NCBI GenBank assembly: GCA_051294375.1
Contig: CM119266.1
Location: 13,642,735-13,706,734 of the forward strand
Direction of reading: 5' to 3'
DNA length: 64,000 nt
From: Paraspadella gotoi
Taxonomy: Eukaryota; Animalia; Chaetognatha
Of this stretch, positions 1 to 12,718 are shown in pieces. The position numbers were made by a program, and so were the translations under genes. The notes under the pieces are model-generated. The model was not told the origin of the DNA. It searched no databases and saw only the letters and a list, made by a program, of their open reading frames with translations. Position 1 is the stretch's first letter, and every line of letters starts with the position of its first letter.

Positions 1-1900
1 GTAGCGCCTTATCCACAGTTTGAAAACGAAATGATAAAATAAAAAAACGTCAGACGAAAGCGTAATTTAATCAATTTAAATTCAAACAAATAAAATCAGA
101 AAAAAGTCGCTTATGTTTTAGTTGCGTGATGCGAGTTGCGTCCGGAACATGGTTTTAATTATTCTGAAGTATAATAATAAATTAAGTATTTTAAAAGGCA
201 CGTGGAAACGATTTCGAGAAAAGGAAACCGGAAAAACAAAGAGAAAGTGATACAATTTTGTAAAGAAATAGTTCAAATTGTATATCATCGAGTCATATAC
301 ATTAACCTCTACGACCACAATAGCGACGATGACGACAACGACTGCGACGATGGCAGAGGCGATGACTCTTTACCGCCCATTGCCCGCGTAAAATTATCAT
401 TTTTCATTTTTCCCTTTTCTTTTGAAATCAAAAAAAGTTTTTCCCTGTCGTTTTTACCGCTTCTTCTTTGAAACAAAAGAAATTTTCAAAATGGCTGTCG
501 GAAGATCAAAAGAAAAGAATAGCAAAGGAATTCTTTAGACGCGTTGATTTTTCATGAAACTTGAATGTTGTAGTTGTAAAAAGTTTAGGTTTAAAATCTT
601 ATTACAAAATAAAGAGAATAAACGATCAAGGGGAAAATGATAACAATTATATCGATGATCTAATTAAACGAACCGACCTCCGCGCTCTCAGAAACCGTAA
701 GTTTTTGCAGGCAAAATGAGCGCAGTATTGATGAGAGAAGCCCCACTTAATAATAAATATTATCAATTCCGATGATTAATTTCCAGTTTATTCGCAATTA
801 ACTGATAACGATTAGTTTTAAATATCTAGTCGCTTTGAAAACGAATGCACTCGACGAAAACAAGTTGGAATTGTATTACGTTTTAATTTACACATTTGAC
901 GAGAGAGAGATATATACGGAGTCTGTTGCCGCTCGGCAGAAAAATGAAGCAAGACTGACATCTTGTGTTATATTTCGTCAGTTTAACCTTAAAAATATAG
1001 ATATTTATAAATTTTTATTATTCTCTCAACCGACTTCGTCGACATCATTCGTGGATCACGCCAACTGTCGTCAAAGGCGTGCGCTTCGTCGTCCTTCTAG
1101 ACGTGACTTTTTCCTCCCAGAGACGTCAACTCGCCGTCGTTCTGTCCTCGCGCGACAAACGTAGTCTTGGCGTCTCGGTACCATTTTCAGCGTCCACCGT
1201 CCGTCGCCGATTTACGAGGATTCCATTTGGCGGCGACAACTCAGTTTCGAAACTCGGTTCACCTCGAGGATCGCCAATTGTACCGGGTGATTATCAACGA
1301 ACGCCATCGATAATAAAGATGGTTTTGCCGTTCGAATGAGTAGATAAAAAGCTGTGATTAATTGTGAGATATTTTGTGCTTCAGGCATCAAAAACAAACC
1401 TTCTGTTCCTAAAATGTATTAAAGTAAACTATTACATAAATATTCAAACCTAAAAAATAAAATCTCCTAATATTATTAAGTTTAAATAATTATATCTCTT
1501 AAATTTTTGGGGGGATCGCTCGTTGTTAATCACCCTGTAGAAGGGTTGCACGTGGGAAAAAAAGATATTCTGTTTTCTCTTTTCTTTTCCCGGAGGCGAT
1601 GCTTTTTTTTTTGTCGGAGGAGATTGGAGGCGGTCGCAGCGGCGGTGGCGGTGGCGGTGGCGGCGGTGGCGGCGGCGGCGCTGTCGGCGGTGGAAACGAA
1701 TACCCCCTCACCGCCCCACGCTTCTTTCCGTTTCGGGCTGAAGGGGCGGCGTGGCGTAAGAGATACGCGGCCGGAAACAAAACAAAAGGAAGGCGGAAGT
1801 TTTCGTTGAGATTGTTGTCGTTGTCGTTGTTGTCGTACTCCCAACGCGAAAGAGGCGCATGCAGACAGGGGGGACAAAAGGGAATCTGAAAAGTGTGAAA

Positions 1901-1905
1901 GAGAG

Positions 1906-1976
<71 letters not shown>

Positions 1977-1998
1977 GGAAGAGAGAGAGAGAGAGAGA
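1901..1998. repeat. (GA)n microsatellite
   Basis: Seen directly in the sequence. Confidence 0.95.
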
Positions 1999-2374
1999 GG
2001 GCGTTGCTTCCAAAACGCAATCCGATGGCGAAAACACGAGTTGAGAGAAGAAGGGAAGTAAGAGAGGGAAATGCGATTCCGATGTCGCAAACTTGAAGAT
2101 GAGGTGCGAGATGAGCGAGAGGGACAAAACGAGAGAGAGAGAGAGATAGAAATAGAGAGAGACAGACAGACAGTCAGGAAACGAAAGTTAGTCATTCGAG
2201 TTGAAAATCTAACAATAACAAGAAAAATAAAACGGGCGCCAACCTTACGAAATATTTGATAATTGATCCCTTGGTAGAGATACATATAACAATAAATATT
2301 CTGGGAGTGATGGTGATGGTGGTCTAAAACAACCGAAGCCTGTCCAAAGTCAGGGGCAAGATAACTTATTTAGT

Positions 2375-2416
2375 AAATGAATGGATAAATTTTTATATTG
2401 GTTGTACCAATTTCAT
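2375..2416 (+). repeat. Dispersed hairpin repeat, copy 1
   Basis: AAATGAATGGATAAATTTTTATATTGGTTGTACCAATTTCAT, near-identical to 57921-57961. Confidence 0.75.
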
Positions 2417-2940
2417 AGAAAACAAACTTAAGTAAAGATAATCGATTGAAAAAATGGCGGAGGGATTCGATTCAAGGAAATTCGTAATCGGGGAAGATCC
2501 ACGTTTCTTTGCGAAGTGAGACGCGATGACTCGGTCGCGGCCAGAGCGAGAGTGAGTAAAATAGTGAGAATTAGTGAGAGATAAGGTATAGATTAGAAAA
2601 TAAATGATAGTAAAGATAAGATCTGGCAAGATAAGGCAAAAATGGTGATAAAAAAAAAATTAATGCTCGGAAGCACTCAGCGGTTGAATAAAAACGAGAA
2701 AAAAATTGGAAACCTAAAAGTTTAAAACGGGAGATGAGACCCGAAATTATCATCACAAAAGCTTCTTGTCGAAAGTTTATTCTTTAATCTTTATAGAAGT
2801 CGTTAAAATGAAACTCTTCTTAAAAGTTCAACGTCGCGACGAGAAAGTTCCATCTAAAGTGGAACTCGCTCTTCTCTCTCTCTTGCGTCTCTGTCTCTCT
2901 GTCTTTCTCGTCTTCTCTCTCTCTCCTCTCTCTCTCTCTC

Positions 2941-2985
<45 letters not shown>

Positions 2986-4140
2986 CTCTCCGTCTCTCTC
3001 TCTCTCATCTTTCCTAACTCTAACATTCATCATCACTGATCATCTAGAGCCTTCATTCGAGACAATGTCACGACCATAAATCTTTCGGACTTGTCACTTT
3101 CGCCAAAAAAAAAAAAGAAAATAATGATGGAAAATATTTTATTTCAGCTTTATAACGAGAAAAGGATGGGCCTTGTCATATACAGACAAACCGGGCGCCT
3201 CAAATTTATGCATTAAATAAACTTTACTTTTTTTAAAATTTTCCTAAAATTTTTTTTCAGAAAATCAAGATGTACTAATGAATACCGTACATCTTAATCG
3301 CCTGTTTAGTTTCTATAAGATTGCAATATAACTAATTATAAGGCAAAAGAAAAATTAAATTACTGAGAACAGAAAGAGTAGACAACCGTCGTGTGATCAA
3401 CGACTCAATCGAACAGAAATCGACCACCAAAAAAAAATCCACATTTTCGTCGCACGTCACGAAAAGCCCCGGATGTTGTCGCCGCGAGGTTTCAGATGGA
3501 TTCGATATTTACTCGGGGATGATCTGTCTTTCCCTAACGATTCTCTCCGTTTACCGATGTGATCATTTCTCACTCCTGGCAGACCTTTCTGGGTCTCACA
3601 TATGGAAAAAAAGACGCTTTTACTGCCGGATTGTCTGCCAGACCATATCATCACCGCCACCATAGTGATACCGTTACTGATAACGCGCAAGTGACAGAAA
3701 GTTTTCCCCATTGCCAACGAACGTCACTTCCATGATGACTTTTTTCCTTTCACCGCCACATCTGAAAAAAATTACCATCGCCTTTCACACCGCACCAACT
3801 CCGACCCACTCCACCTCCATCCCTTCCGCGTCTCCGTCCGTCGAGCTTAAACCGGAAGTTACGCCGTCATAACCGTCGCACCTGAACTGGGACGCCATCT
3901 TTTTTTTCCGCTCTCTTCTCTCTCGACGGAAACGAGGCTGAGAATCGGAAGGGAATGAGAAGAAGAGAAAAATTATTGATGCAAACTAAACAGCGAAGAA
4001 TCGAAAGGAAAATAAAAGCCGATGGTAAATTATGCAAAAAAAAAAGAATAGAAAAAACATTTTTGTGTTGTGCAAACGAAACAACTCGTCGGCGCGGCAA
4101 CGGCGGAATTGCCGCCTGGGACAGACTTTCCCGGTGATAC

Positions 4141-4156
4141 TCTTCTCTTCTCTCTC

Positions 4157-4188
<32 letters not shown>

Positions 4189-4206
4189 GTCTGCTCTCGT
4201 CTCTCT

Positions 4207-4241
<35 letters not shown>

Positions 4242-4242
4242 T

Positions 4243-4305
<63 letters not shown>

Positions 4306-4328
4306 CTTCTCTGGCTCTCGTCTCTCTC
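4141..4328. repeat. (CT)n microsatellite
   Basis: Seen directly in the sequence. Confidence 0.95.
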
Positions 4329-5827
4329 CCTTCCCCTTATTCATTCCCTCGTTCCCTCGTATTCCTTGAGGTTTTTGCGGCGGGCCGCCACTGAGACGGC
4401 CCCGACGATCATCAATAAAACCGATTCAATGGTTCCGGATTTGTTGTGTTAATTCATAAAATTTTCTCTGACCCAACAGTTTTTTTAATTAATAAAGGAA
4501 TGATTAATTCATGTTCCGATAACCTTGCGTTCGTTGCCCTCGAGATCGATTACAACATGTCTAATAATCAACAAAGCTGAGCAGAGCAAGCAAACCAATC
4601 TTAGCCAAGATTTCTGCGTTGTCTGAATTTTTTATGTTGTCGTTATTTTTTCCGTATTGTTTTGGGGCCTTCTTTAAATTCAATCTTTTCCGTCCACTTT
4701 GCCACCTTCGCAAGCAACCTTCCACCCATTCGCAACCTCAACTACCTTCCCCGATGTTTCAATGCCATGCCATGTCATGCCACGGGGAGACGCTCGGGTT
4801 GCCGGAGAAGTTTCCTAGTAAAAAAAATTTTAAGAATTCGTGGAATGAAATCTCAAACGAAATCGTTCTCCAGAATGAGAGTGAATATTGAAAGAGGGAG
4901 GAGATGATTAGGGAAAAGAGTTGATGAAAAAGGAAAGAAAATTAGGAAAAATGAAAGCAAAAAAAGATAAAATCAAACGAAGACAAACAAAAAATAAAGA
5001 GAAGAGAAATAAGAAGGAAACTTAAAACCTAAAAAAACTTAAAAAAAAAAAGAAACATATTTCTCCGAGGAGGAACTAGAATGAGAATAGAGAAAGAAAC
5101 ATTATGCGAAGGATGTAAAAAGGAAAAGAGTAGTCGGCATTAGAAATGAAAATCCCCGAGGAGGCAGGGAGCTCTTAAGGAGGATTTGTCGTCGTCGTCG
5201 TCGTCGTTGCAATCGTCATCGCCATCGCCATAGGAGGCGACAAAGAGGTTGCTGTCGAATAGAAGGGGTTGAGGACGTGATAGGGAGACGAAGGGGAAAA
5301 AAAAGGAGAAAGCAAAAAGAGGTTAATAATAACGACTTTATAGCGCATAAATGGCGAGACGATAGCGTGGGAGTTTTGGGTGAACCAATGGGTGGCCGTT
5401 TATATTTCGGGGGTGGCGTGGGGGCGAAAGTGGCCCCTTGTCGATGGACGGAAACTTGTTTCGCTTCGATGAGGAAATACATGAGGCGGACGTCGGCGTT
5501 TATGGTGCAACGGGATTCATGGTGCAATGGTGCCGGGATAGAAACCACATCGCGTCAGAATTTTTTTCAATGACGTATGGTGGGACAAAAATCGGGCACA
5601 ATGTCTTTGTGAGCGGCCCGGGGGGGACGATTTTTATTACGTTTTGGTTTTCCGCACTTTTTTCCCCGTTTTTTTTCGTAAAATAATTTTTTATATGCAT
5701 TTTAACTGTTAATAAATTCTTAAATTTCCATTTTCCTTGTGATTTCTTTCTGCCAAATGTGGGTAGGAAGTTTTTTTGTATTTTTTGTCTTTTTCGCTGC
5801 TCTTTCTGCGTTTTCACTATTTTTTTT

Positions 5828-5921
<94 letters not shown>
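5828..5921. repeat. (TTTC)n microsatellite
   Basis: Seen directly in the sequence. Confidence 0.95.
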
Positions 5922-5922
<1 letters not shown>

Positions 5923-7147
5923 AGTTTCATCACTCCTTCCAAGGCTATGGTGACCTCGGAGAGTTTTAATCTGCCCTCGTCACAAACCATGACGACGTCA
6001 TCAGACTTAAAAAAGAGGGTGGGGGGTAGGTGGGTGAGAAGGGGCGCGGCACAAGATGGTGAGTCGGGCAAAAGTGGCTCACGGGTCGAGGGTGAAAAAA
6101 AGCGGAAGCCCTTTAAAAATTCCCAGGCCGCCGCTTGTGAGAGAGCGGAGGAAAAGGAAAGCATAAAGCACCATCGCTGAGGGGAGACGCTTTCTAATGG
6201 AACAGCGACGGCAGCGGCGGCGGTTGCGGCTGAGGCGGTTGCGGCTGCGGCGGTGGCAGCTGTGGTGGCGGTGGCGTCGGTGGTTTTACTATCAGCCGAT
6301 GTAGTCCTTGTCGGGCTCTGAGTGCCCGCTCAAAGGCGAAAAGATGCTTTACTTTACAAAAATGGAATAAAAATGAGAATATAAAAAGAAATTAAATAAA
6401 TTGAGAACATAAAGGACAAAAACAAAAATAAACAAAAATCAGAGAGATAACATCAAGAAAACAGAGGAAGCAAGATTGAATAATGTAGAGGTTAAAACTG
6501 TTTTCATGCCAATGGCGGATTTGTAAGTATAAAAATTTACTCGTTTATTGTTCCATGTACATTGTACAAACTTGCTTTTGAATAATTATCAGCCGATAAA
6601 ACTTGCTTGCGAAAGAGATAGAAGTCAAAAGTAACAAACTGAGTTGACGCTGTATTCTTACTCAAAGCATTCTCAGTTAAAAAAATCATGGAAAAGAATG
6701 ACGAAAAAAATGAGAGGCCCTAAAAAATACGCGAAATTCTGAAAAAAAGCATTTCCCCCCAGAAAATATTCGCATTTAAATTCGCAAGAAAGTAAATTGA
6801 CGTAAAACTTCAAAACAAAAAACAAGGAACGAGGGAGCGTCTCGCGAAAGAATTGAATAAAAAAGAGAGAGAGCGAATTTTTCTTTTTTTCTCTCTCAAA
6901 AATGAAAAATTCATATAAACGGAGATAGCGAAGGCTTTTTCCTTCAACCGGAGGGAAGACGTACTGATAAGAAAAGCCGCTTCGTTTCTTATGCTTTTTA
7001 TTGATGAAAAGTTTGGGATCGACTCGTAATTTATTGATCCGCGTCGCACGTGTATATATATAAATATAAATTTAAGGTTTCTCCCGGCTTGCGAAGTTCA
7101 ATGCCTGCGTGGCGTGGGTAGTTTGTGTAACACGTGGGGTGAGTGGA

Positions 7148-7230
7148 GTAGAGTTTGTGGCATTTGACTTGTTGCGTTAATAGGGTTTGTGGCATTTGAC
7201 TTGTGGCGTAAGTAGGGTTTGTGGCGTTGA
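7148..7230. repeat. ~32-bp tandem repeat, about 2.6 copies
   Basis: TAG(A/G)GTTTGTGGCATTTGACTTGT(T/G)GCG repeated. Confidence 0.8.
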
Positions 7231-7729
7231 TCTCGTTTCGGTTTCAATATCAAAGTTTTATTTCTAAAATTTTTTTTTTCAGATTTCTCATTGATCCTTT
7301 TTAGCAAATTCTTGTTTATTTCTACTTTAATCTTCGCGTTGCTCTTTTTTTTGTTGGTCACGAATGAAAGAAGTTCTTTTCTCCGCCGCCGAACGAGTTT
7401 TGCTGCCTTCTGAAGAAGAAGAACGTTTACACAAAGCGAACGGAGAGAGGAAAAAGGAAGTAGAGAGGATGGAGGAGTGACACGGAAAAAAGAGAAACGA
7501 TTCCAAGACGAAAAGAAGAGAGAAAAGAAGACGACGTGAGAGATGCAGAGAGAGGGGAGGAGAGGACCTGCGAGAGAGAGAGCACGGAGAGAGAGAGAGA
7601 GAGACGGACGAGAGAGAGAGAGAAGAGAACAGAGTGAGAGGAGGAGAGAGATTAGGAGAGATAAGAAGATTGAGGAGAAAAAGAGAGAGGAGAGGAGAGG
7701 AGGAGAGGAGAAGAGAGAGAGAGAGATTG

Positions 7730-7833
7730 AGACAGAAAGAAAGAGACAGAGAAAGAGACAGAGAAAGAGACAGAGAAGCAGAGAAAACAGAGAAAACAGA
7801 GAAAACAGAGAAAACAGAGAAAACAGAGAAAAA
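7730..7833. repeat. Compound (AGAAAGAGACAG)n and (AGAGAAAAC)n tandem repeats
   Basis: Seen directly in the sequence. Confidence 0.85.
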
Positions 7834-10207
7834 CCCTGAATGAAACATAAAATTGCAAAGGAAGGGAATGAAGTTTTACAGCTGAATGCGGAAGACGCGT
7901 TGTCGGCGAAGAAGGCAAATAACTAGAGAAAAGAAAAATAATGAAAAAAAATATAAACAAACTGCGACGATGAATATGAACCTCGTTTCCGATTGAAAAA
8001 AAAATATAGAAATGAAAACACCCTGGGCTGTCGATGATAAACAAATCTANNNNNNNNNNNNNNNNNNNNNNNNNNNNNNNNNNNNNNNNNNNNNNNNNNN
8101 NNNNNNNNNNNNNNNNNNNNNNNNNNNNNNNNNNNNNNNNNNNNNNNNNNNNNNNNNNNNNNNNNNNNNNNNNNNNNNNNNNNNNNNNNNNNNNNNNNNN
8201 NNNNNNNNNNNNNNNNNNNNNNNNNNNNNNNNNNNNNNNNNNNNNNNNNNNNNNNNNNNNNNNNTTTTTCCGAGATAATTCAGTCTAACGCGTTATGAGC
8301 GTCGAGGTTATAAAAGTTATAAATAAACTAGCGACTCTGGCTGAGAAACTAATCGCGCCTCGAGTGAGAGCTTTGTTTCACTTTTACGCGATGGCAAGAT
8401 GCAACGAAAATAACCGTCGTCGTTGTCGTCGTCGTTGTCGTCGTTATTATCCCCGTCGTGGGTGACATGAGCTCTCACTAAAGGGCGCTCGAAAAGCCGG
8501 AAATGGAAAGAGCTTTCGCCGGAAAACTTTTAAGAAATTCGACGAAGTTATAGAATATGAAATTAGGGAAGAGAGAAGGAGAGAGAAAAAAAAAAGGCAA
8601 AACCGGAAATGGGTTGTTGGCGCGGCCGAAACGCCGGAATCCGCCGGAGGGGGGCNNNNNNNNNNATGACAATAAAGACGGCTCGAGGGAGAGAGAGAGA
8701 TAGAGAGGGAGAGAGTGAGTGAGAGAGAGAGACACGCAAAAGAAATAGGACGAAAAGAAAAAGTGAGCGAGCGCAAGAAGCGTGAGAGAGAAAAAGAGAA
8801 TAAGAAAGAGAGTCTGGGGAATGAAAATAAATTCCTCGATTGGCAAGGAACAGACTGTCGATGCGACGGAGTTAGAAAGAAGATGAGAAAGAAAGAATGA
8901 AAGAAAAAAAGAAGGAAAGAAAGAAAGAAAGAAAGAGAGAAACTTAAGAAAAAAAAAGAAAAAAGTCAAAAGAAGAAAAGAAAGAAAAACTNNNNNNNNN
9001 NNNNNNNNNNNNNNNNNNNNNNNNNNNNNNNNNNNNNNNNNNNNNNNNNNNNNNNNNNNNNNNNNNNNNNNNNNNNNNNNNNNNNNNNNNNNNNNNNNNN
9101 NNNNNNNNNNNNNNNNNNNNNNNNNNNNNNNNNNNNNNNNNNNNNNNNNNNNNNNNNNNNNAAAAAAAAAAAAAAAGAAAGAAAAACGAAAGATAAAAAC
9201 TGTTCCAACTAACTCTCTCCTTCAAATCCCCGAATGTCTTCGGGGTCCATTGTCGTCTCGGCGTCGAAGCGAAGCTGTTTCCGTCAACGTAATTGTTTTT
9301 TTGACAATCTTGTCAATGAAATAGCAATTATCGTTTATCATAAGCAATCATTTATGTGTCTTTAGTTACAAAGATCACCTCTCCCTCTCAGCTGGTTTAT
9401 CTCTTGACATAAAGTGACCACCCTGGAACTGCCATTTATATCGCCATCTTAGATCTTAGATCTTAGATCGAGGGATCCAACTGATCCATCTCAAACGCCA
9501 CCCAATTCCACGGTTTGACTCAACCCTAATCCTCCACCAGTAGAACCGTCATATTCGTCAGGAAATTCATCCTCTCGATTCCCTCCTTTCCTTCCCCCTT
9601 CCCTTCAGCCCGTCAGCCCTAAAACCCCCATCTACGCCTCCGAATGGACCGGAATCGATTCTTTTATCTCCGTCGACCTTTGACCCTCGAGGCGTCGGCG
9701 GTCACCGGGAAAAGCCGCGCCCCTCGCCGTCGCTCGCCCCTGACTAATGACGCCGATATCATCTCCGGCGTCTTGGGCCTTTTGGGAGGGCCTTCGCGGG
9801 GGAAAAGGCGGCTCCGGGTTCCAGGGGGCGGAAAAGGAAAAGAAGGCCGTTAGGGGCCATGGGGCCTTTTTATGGTATCGAAATCGATATTGACTTCGGG
9901 CCGTCGACAGCCGGCCCGGACCGGTCCGGACTCGTTACGTTGGCGGACGCTTTTAAAGTTGGGCGGGGTAAAGTGGGTGGGCCCTAGAAAGTGAGTTCTC
10001 CCGCTGCGCAGAGAATTTGTCTGGAAAATGCGAAAAACGACGAAGTGAGAGGAAACCGCAAAAAAAAGGGAAGGGCGAAACTGGATTGGGTAAGTTTTAT
10101 CTTTGGCCCAGAGACCACGAGGGCGACTTCAAATTTGCTCAGAAAATTTTTTTTCTATACTAAGAGTATAATAGTCCCAAAAGAGTCTCTCTAGTGAAAC
10201 GGATGGC

Positions 10208-10269
10208 TGTTCACTGTTCACTGTTCACTGTTCACTGTTCACTGTTCACTGTTCACTGTTCAGTGTTCA
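10208..10269. repeat. (TGTTCAC)n heptamer repeat
   Basis: About 8 copies seen directly. Confidence 0.9.
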
Positions 10270-10520
10270 TCAATCGATTATTGGTCTCAAACTGGCCCAT
10301 TCATCATTCTCGATATATGTATCCTTGCTTAACCGCCTTAGTGAACCGAACTCGTCTGGCAGCGGGCCACGAGGAGGGGATTAAACAACAAACAGGGTTT
10401 GTTTTCTGACCAACCAAAAACCGTTGACCTCATTCAGACGCTCACCCGGTGGTCATGGCAACGGCGATGATCCGATATCCGGGCCATTCGTCTCATTAGA
10501 ATGGATGGATTCTGAAAAAA

Positions 10521-10545
10521 NNNNNNNNNNNNNNNNNNNNNNNNN
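10521..10545. other. Assembly gap of exactly 25 N (also at 23286-23310, 25465-25489 and 36605-36629)
   Basis: Counted directly. Each borders a redundant, reoriented block. Confidence 0.95.
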
Positions 10546-10568
10546 CTCTCTCTCTCCTCTCTCTCTCT

Positions 10569-10603
<35 letters not shown>

Positions 10604-12674
10604 CCTGCTCTCTCTCTTCTCTCTCTTTTTTGCAGAATCCATCCATTCTAATGAGACGAATGCCCGGAGGTATCGGATCATCGCCGTTGCCATGACCACC
10701 GGTGAGGCGTGGCTGGAGATGAGGGGGTGCAAAGCGGTTTTTGGTGGTCAGAAAAACAAACCCTGTTTGTGTGTTTAATCCCCTGCCTGTGGCCCGCTGC
10801 CAGACGAGTTCAGGTTCGACTAAGGGCGGGTTAGAGCCAAGGATACATATATCGAAGAGGATGATTGAATGGGCCAGTTTGAGACCAATAATCGATTTGA
10901 TGAACACTGAACAGTGAACCAAGTGAACAGTGAACAGGAACAGGGTGAACAGTGAACAGGAACAGCCATCCGTTTCACTAGAGAGACTCTTTTGCGGTAG
11001 CTATTGATACTCTTAGGTATAGAAAAAAAATTGTGGTGGCTGTGAGCGAAAATTTGAAGTCGCCCTCGTGGTCTTCTGGGGCCGAAAGAATAAAACTTAC
11101 CCAATCCAGTTTCGCCCTTCCCTTTTTTTTGCGGTTTCCTCTCACTTCGTCGTTTTTGCGCGAGGTTCCAGACAGAATTCTGGCTGGGGCCGGGCAGGCG
11201 GGAGAAACTTCACTTTCATGGCCCACCACTTTACCCCGCCCAACTGAAAAGGCGGTCCGCGCAACGTAACGAGCCGACCGGTCCGGGCCGGGCTGGTCGA
11301 CCGGCCCGAAGTTGAAGTGGATCGATTTCAGATACCAGTAACAAAGGGCCCCATGGCCCCTAACGGCCGTTCTTTTCCTTTTTCCGCCCCCTGAACCCGA
11401 GCCGCCTTTTCCCCCGCGAAGCCCCTCCCAAAGGGGCCCAAGACGCCGGAGAGGATCATCGCCGTCATTATCAGGGGTCGAGGCGACGCGGGCGATGGCG
11501 CGGCTTTTCCCGTGGACCGGCCGGACTCCTCGAGGGTCGAAGAGAGGTCGAGCGGGGACGATTTAACAAGAATCGATTCACGGTCCGATTCGGAGGCGTA
11601 GATGGGTTGGTGAGCTGAAGCGGGGCTGGAAAGGAAGGGAAGGAAAGGGAGGAATCGATGAGATTGAATTCCCGTGATCGAATATTGACGTGTCTACTGG
11701 GTGGGAGAGTGAGGGGTGGAGCAAACCGGAATGGTGGCGTGTTGAGATTGGGAGCAGTGTGGAGAGTCGCGCGTCGGATCAAATCTAAATCTAAGATGGC
11801 GATATAAATGGCATTCCAGGTGGTCACGTTGTGGAGTGTCGAAGAGAGAGAGTAGCGCAGCGTGGAGGAGAGAGGTGAGTGCTTGCAACTAAAGACACAG
11901 TAAGATGATTGCTTAGGGAAGAATAAGAGCGATAATTGCGTATTATTCATACAAGATTGTCAGAAAAACAATTACTTTTGACTGAAACAGCTTCGCTTCG
12001 ACGCCGGAGACGACAGATGACCCCGAAAGGACATCGGGGATGTTGAAGAGAGATTAGTGTGGAACAGTTTTTTATCTTTCGTTTTTCTTTCTTTTTTTTT
12101 TTTGGTTGTGCGTGTTTGTGGGCTGTGTTTATTCTTTTTTCTTTTCTTTCTTTTCTGCTTTTCTTCTTCTTTCCTTGGTCTCTTCTTCTTTACATAGAGA
12201 GAAAAACGTTAGTTGAAGGCAGTTTTCTTTCGTTTTGCTTCTGTTTGAGCTTCGTCGTGGTTTTTTCTTGAGTTTCGTCCTCGTGTGCGTGCGTGCGTGT
12301 GCGTGTCGCGTGCTGGTGGGTTTTCTTCATTCTTTCTTTCTCATTCTTCTTTCGTAAACTCCGTCGCATCGACAGTCTGTTCCTTGCCAATCAGAATTAA
12401 TTTCATTCCCCAAGACTCTCGTTCTATTCTCTTTTTCTCTCTGCACGGCTTGCGTGTGCGGCTCGCTCATTTTCTTTTCGTCCTCATTTCTCTCTTGGTG
12501 TCTCTCTCTCTAAACTCCACTCTTCTCCCTCTCTATGCTCCTCTCTCTCCTCTCAGCCGTCCTTTATGTGGCATAATTACAGCCTTGAGAAGGGCGACGA
12601 GAGTTTTCGCAGTCTAAGGTTTCCTCTCTCTCTCTCTGCGTCTCATCTCTCTCTCTCTCTCTCTCTCTCTCCTC

Positions 12675-12718
<44 letters not shown>

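Larger units (their letters stand above)
5400..10520 (+). repeat. Segment W: cleaner left arm of a large inverted duplication
   Basis: Reverse complement found collinearly at 10630-19596. Anchors: 8851-8880 vs 12361-12390, ~6170-6200 vs ~18480-18505, ~10480-10515 vs ~10633-10660. Confidence 0.95.

Noticed and set aside
1507-2285. Long ORFs (up to 251 aa) with poly-A/G/P and SL/RE repeats
   Set aside because: They are open only because of (GGCGGT)n and (GA)n tracts and show no domain. The same applies to similar ORFs throughout the window.
3267-3295. 9-bp hairpin AAGATGTAC..GTACATCTT
   Set aside because: Single short stem with no second copy or context; compatible with chance.
7181-7220. TAGGGTTT telomere-like words
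   Set aside because: Isolated words within a 32-bp tandem unit, not a telomeric array.
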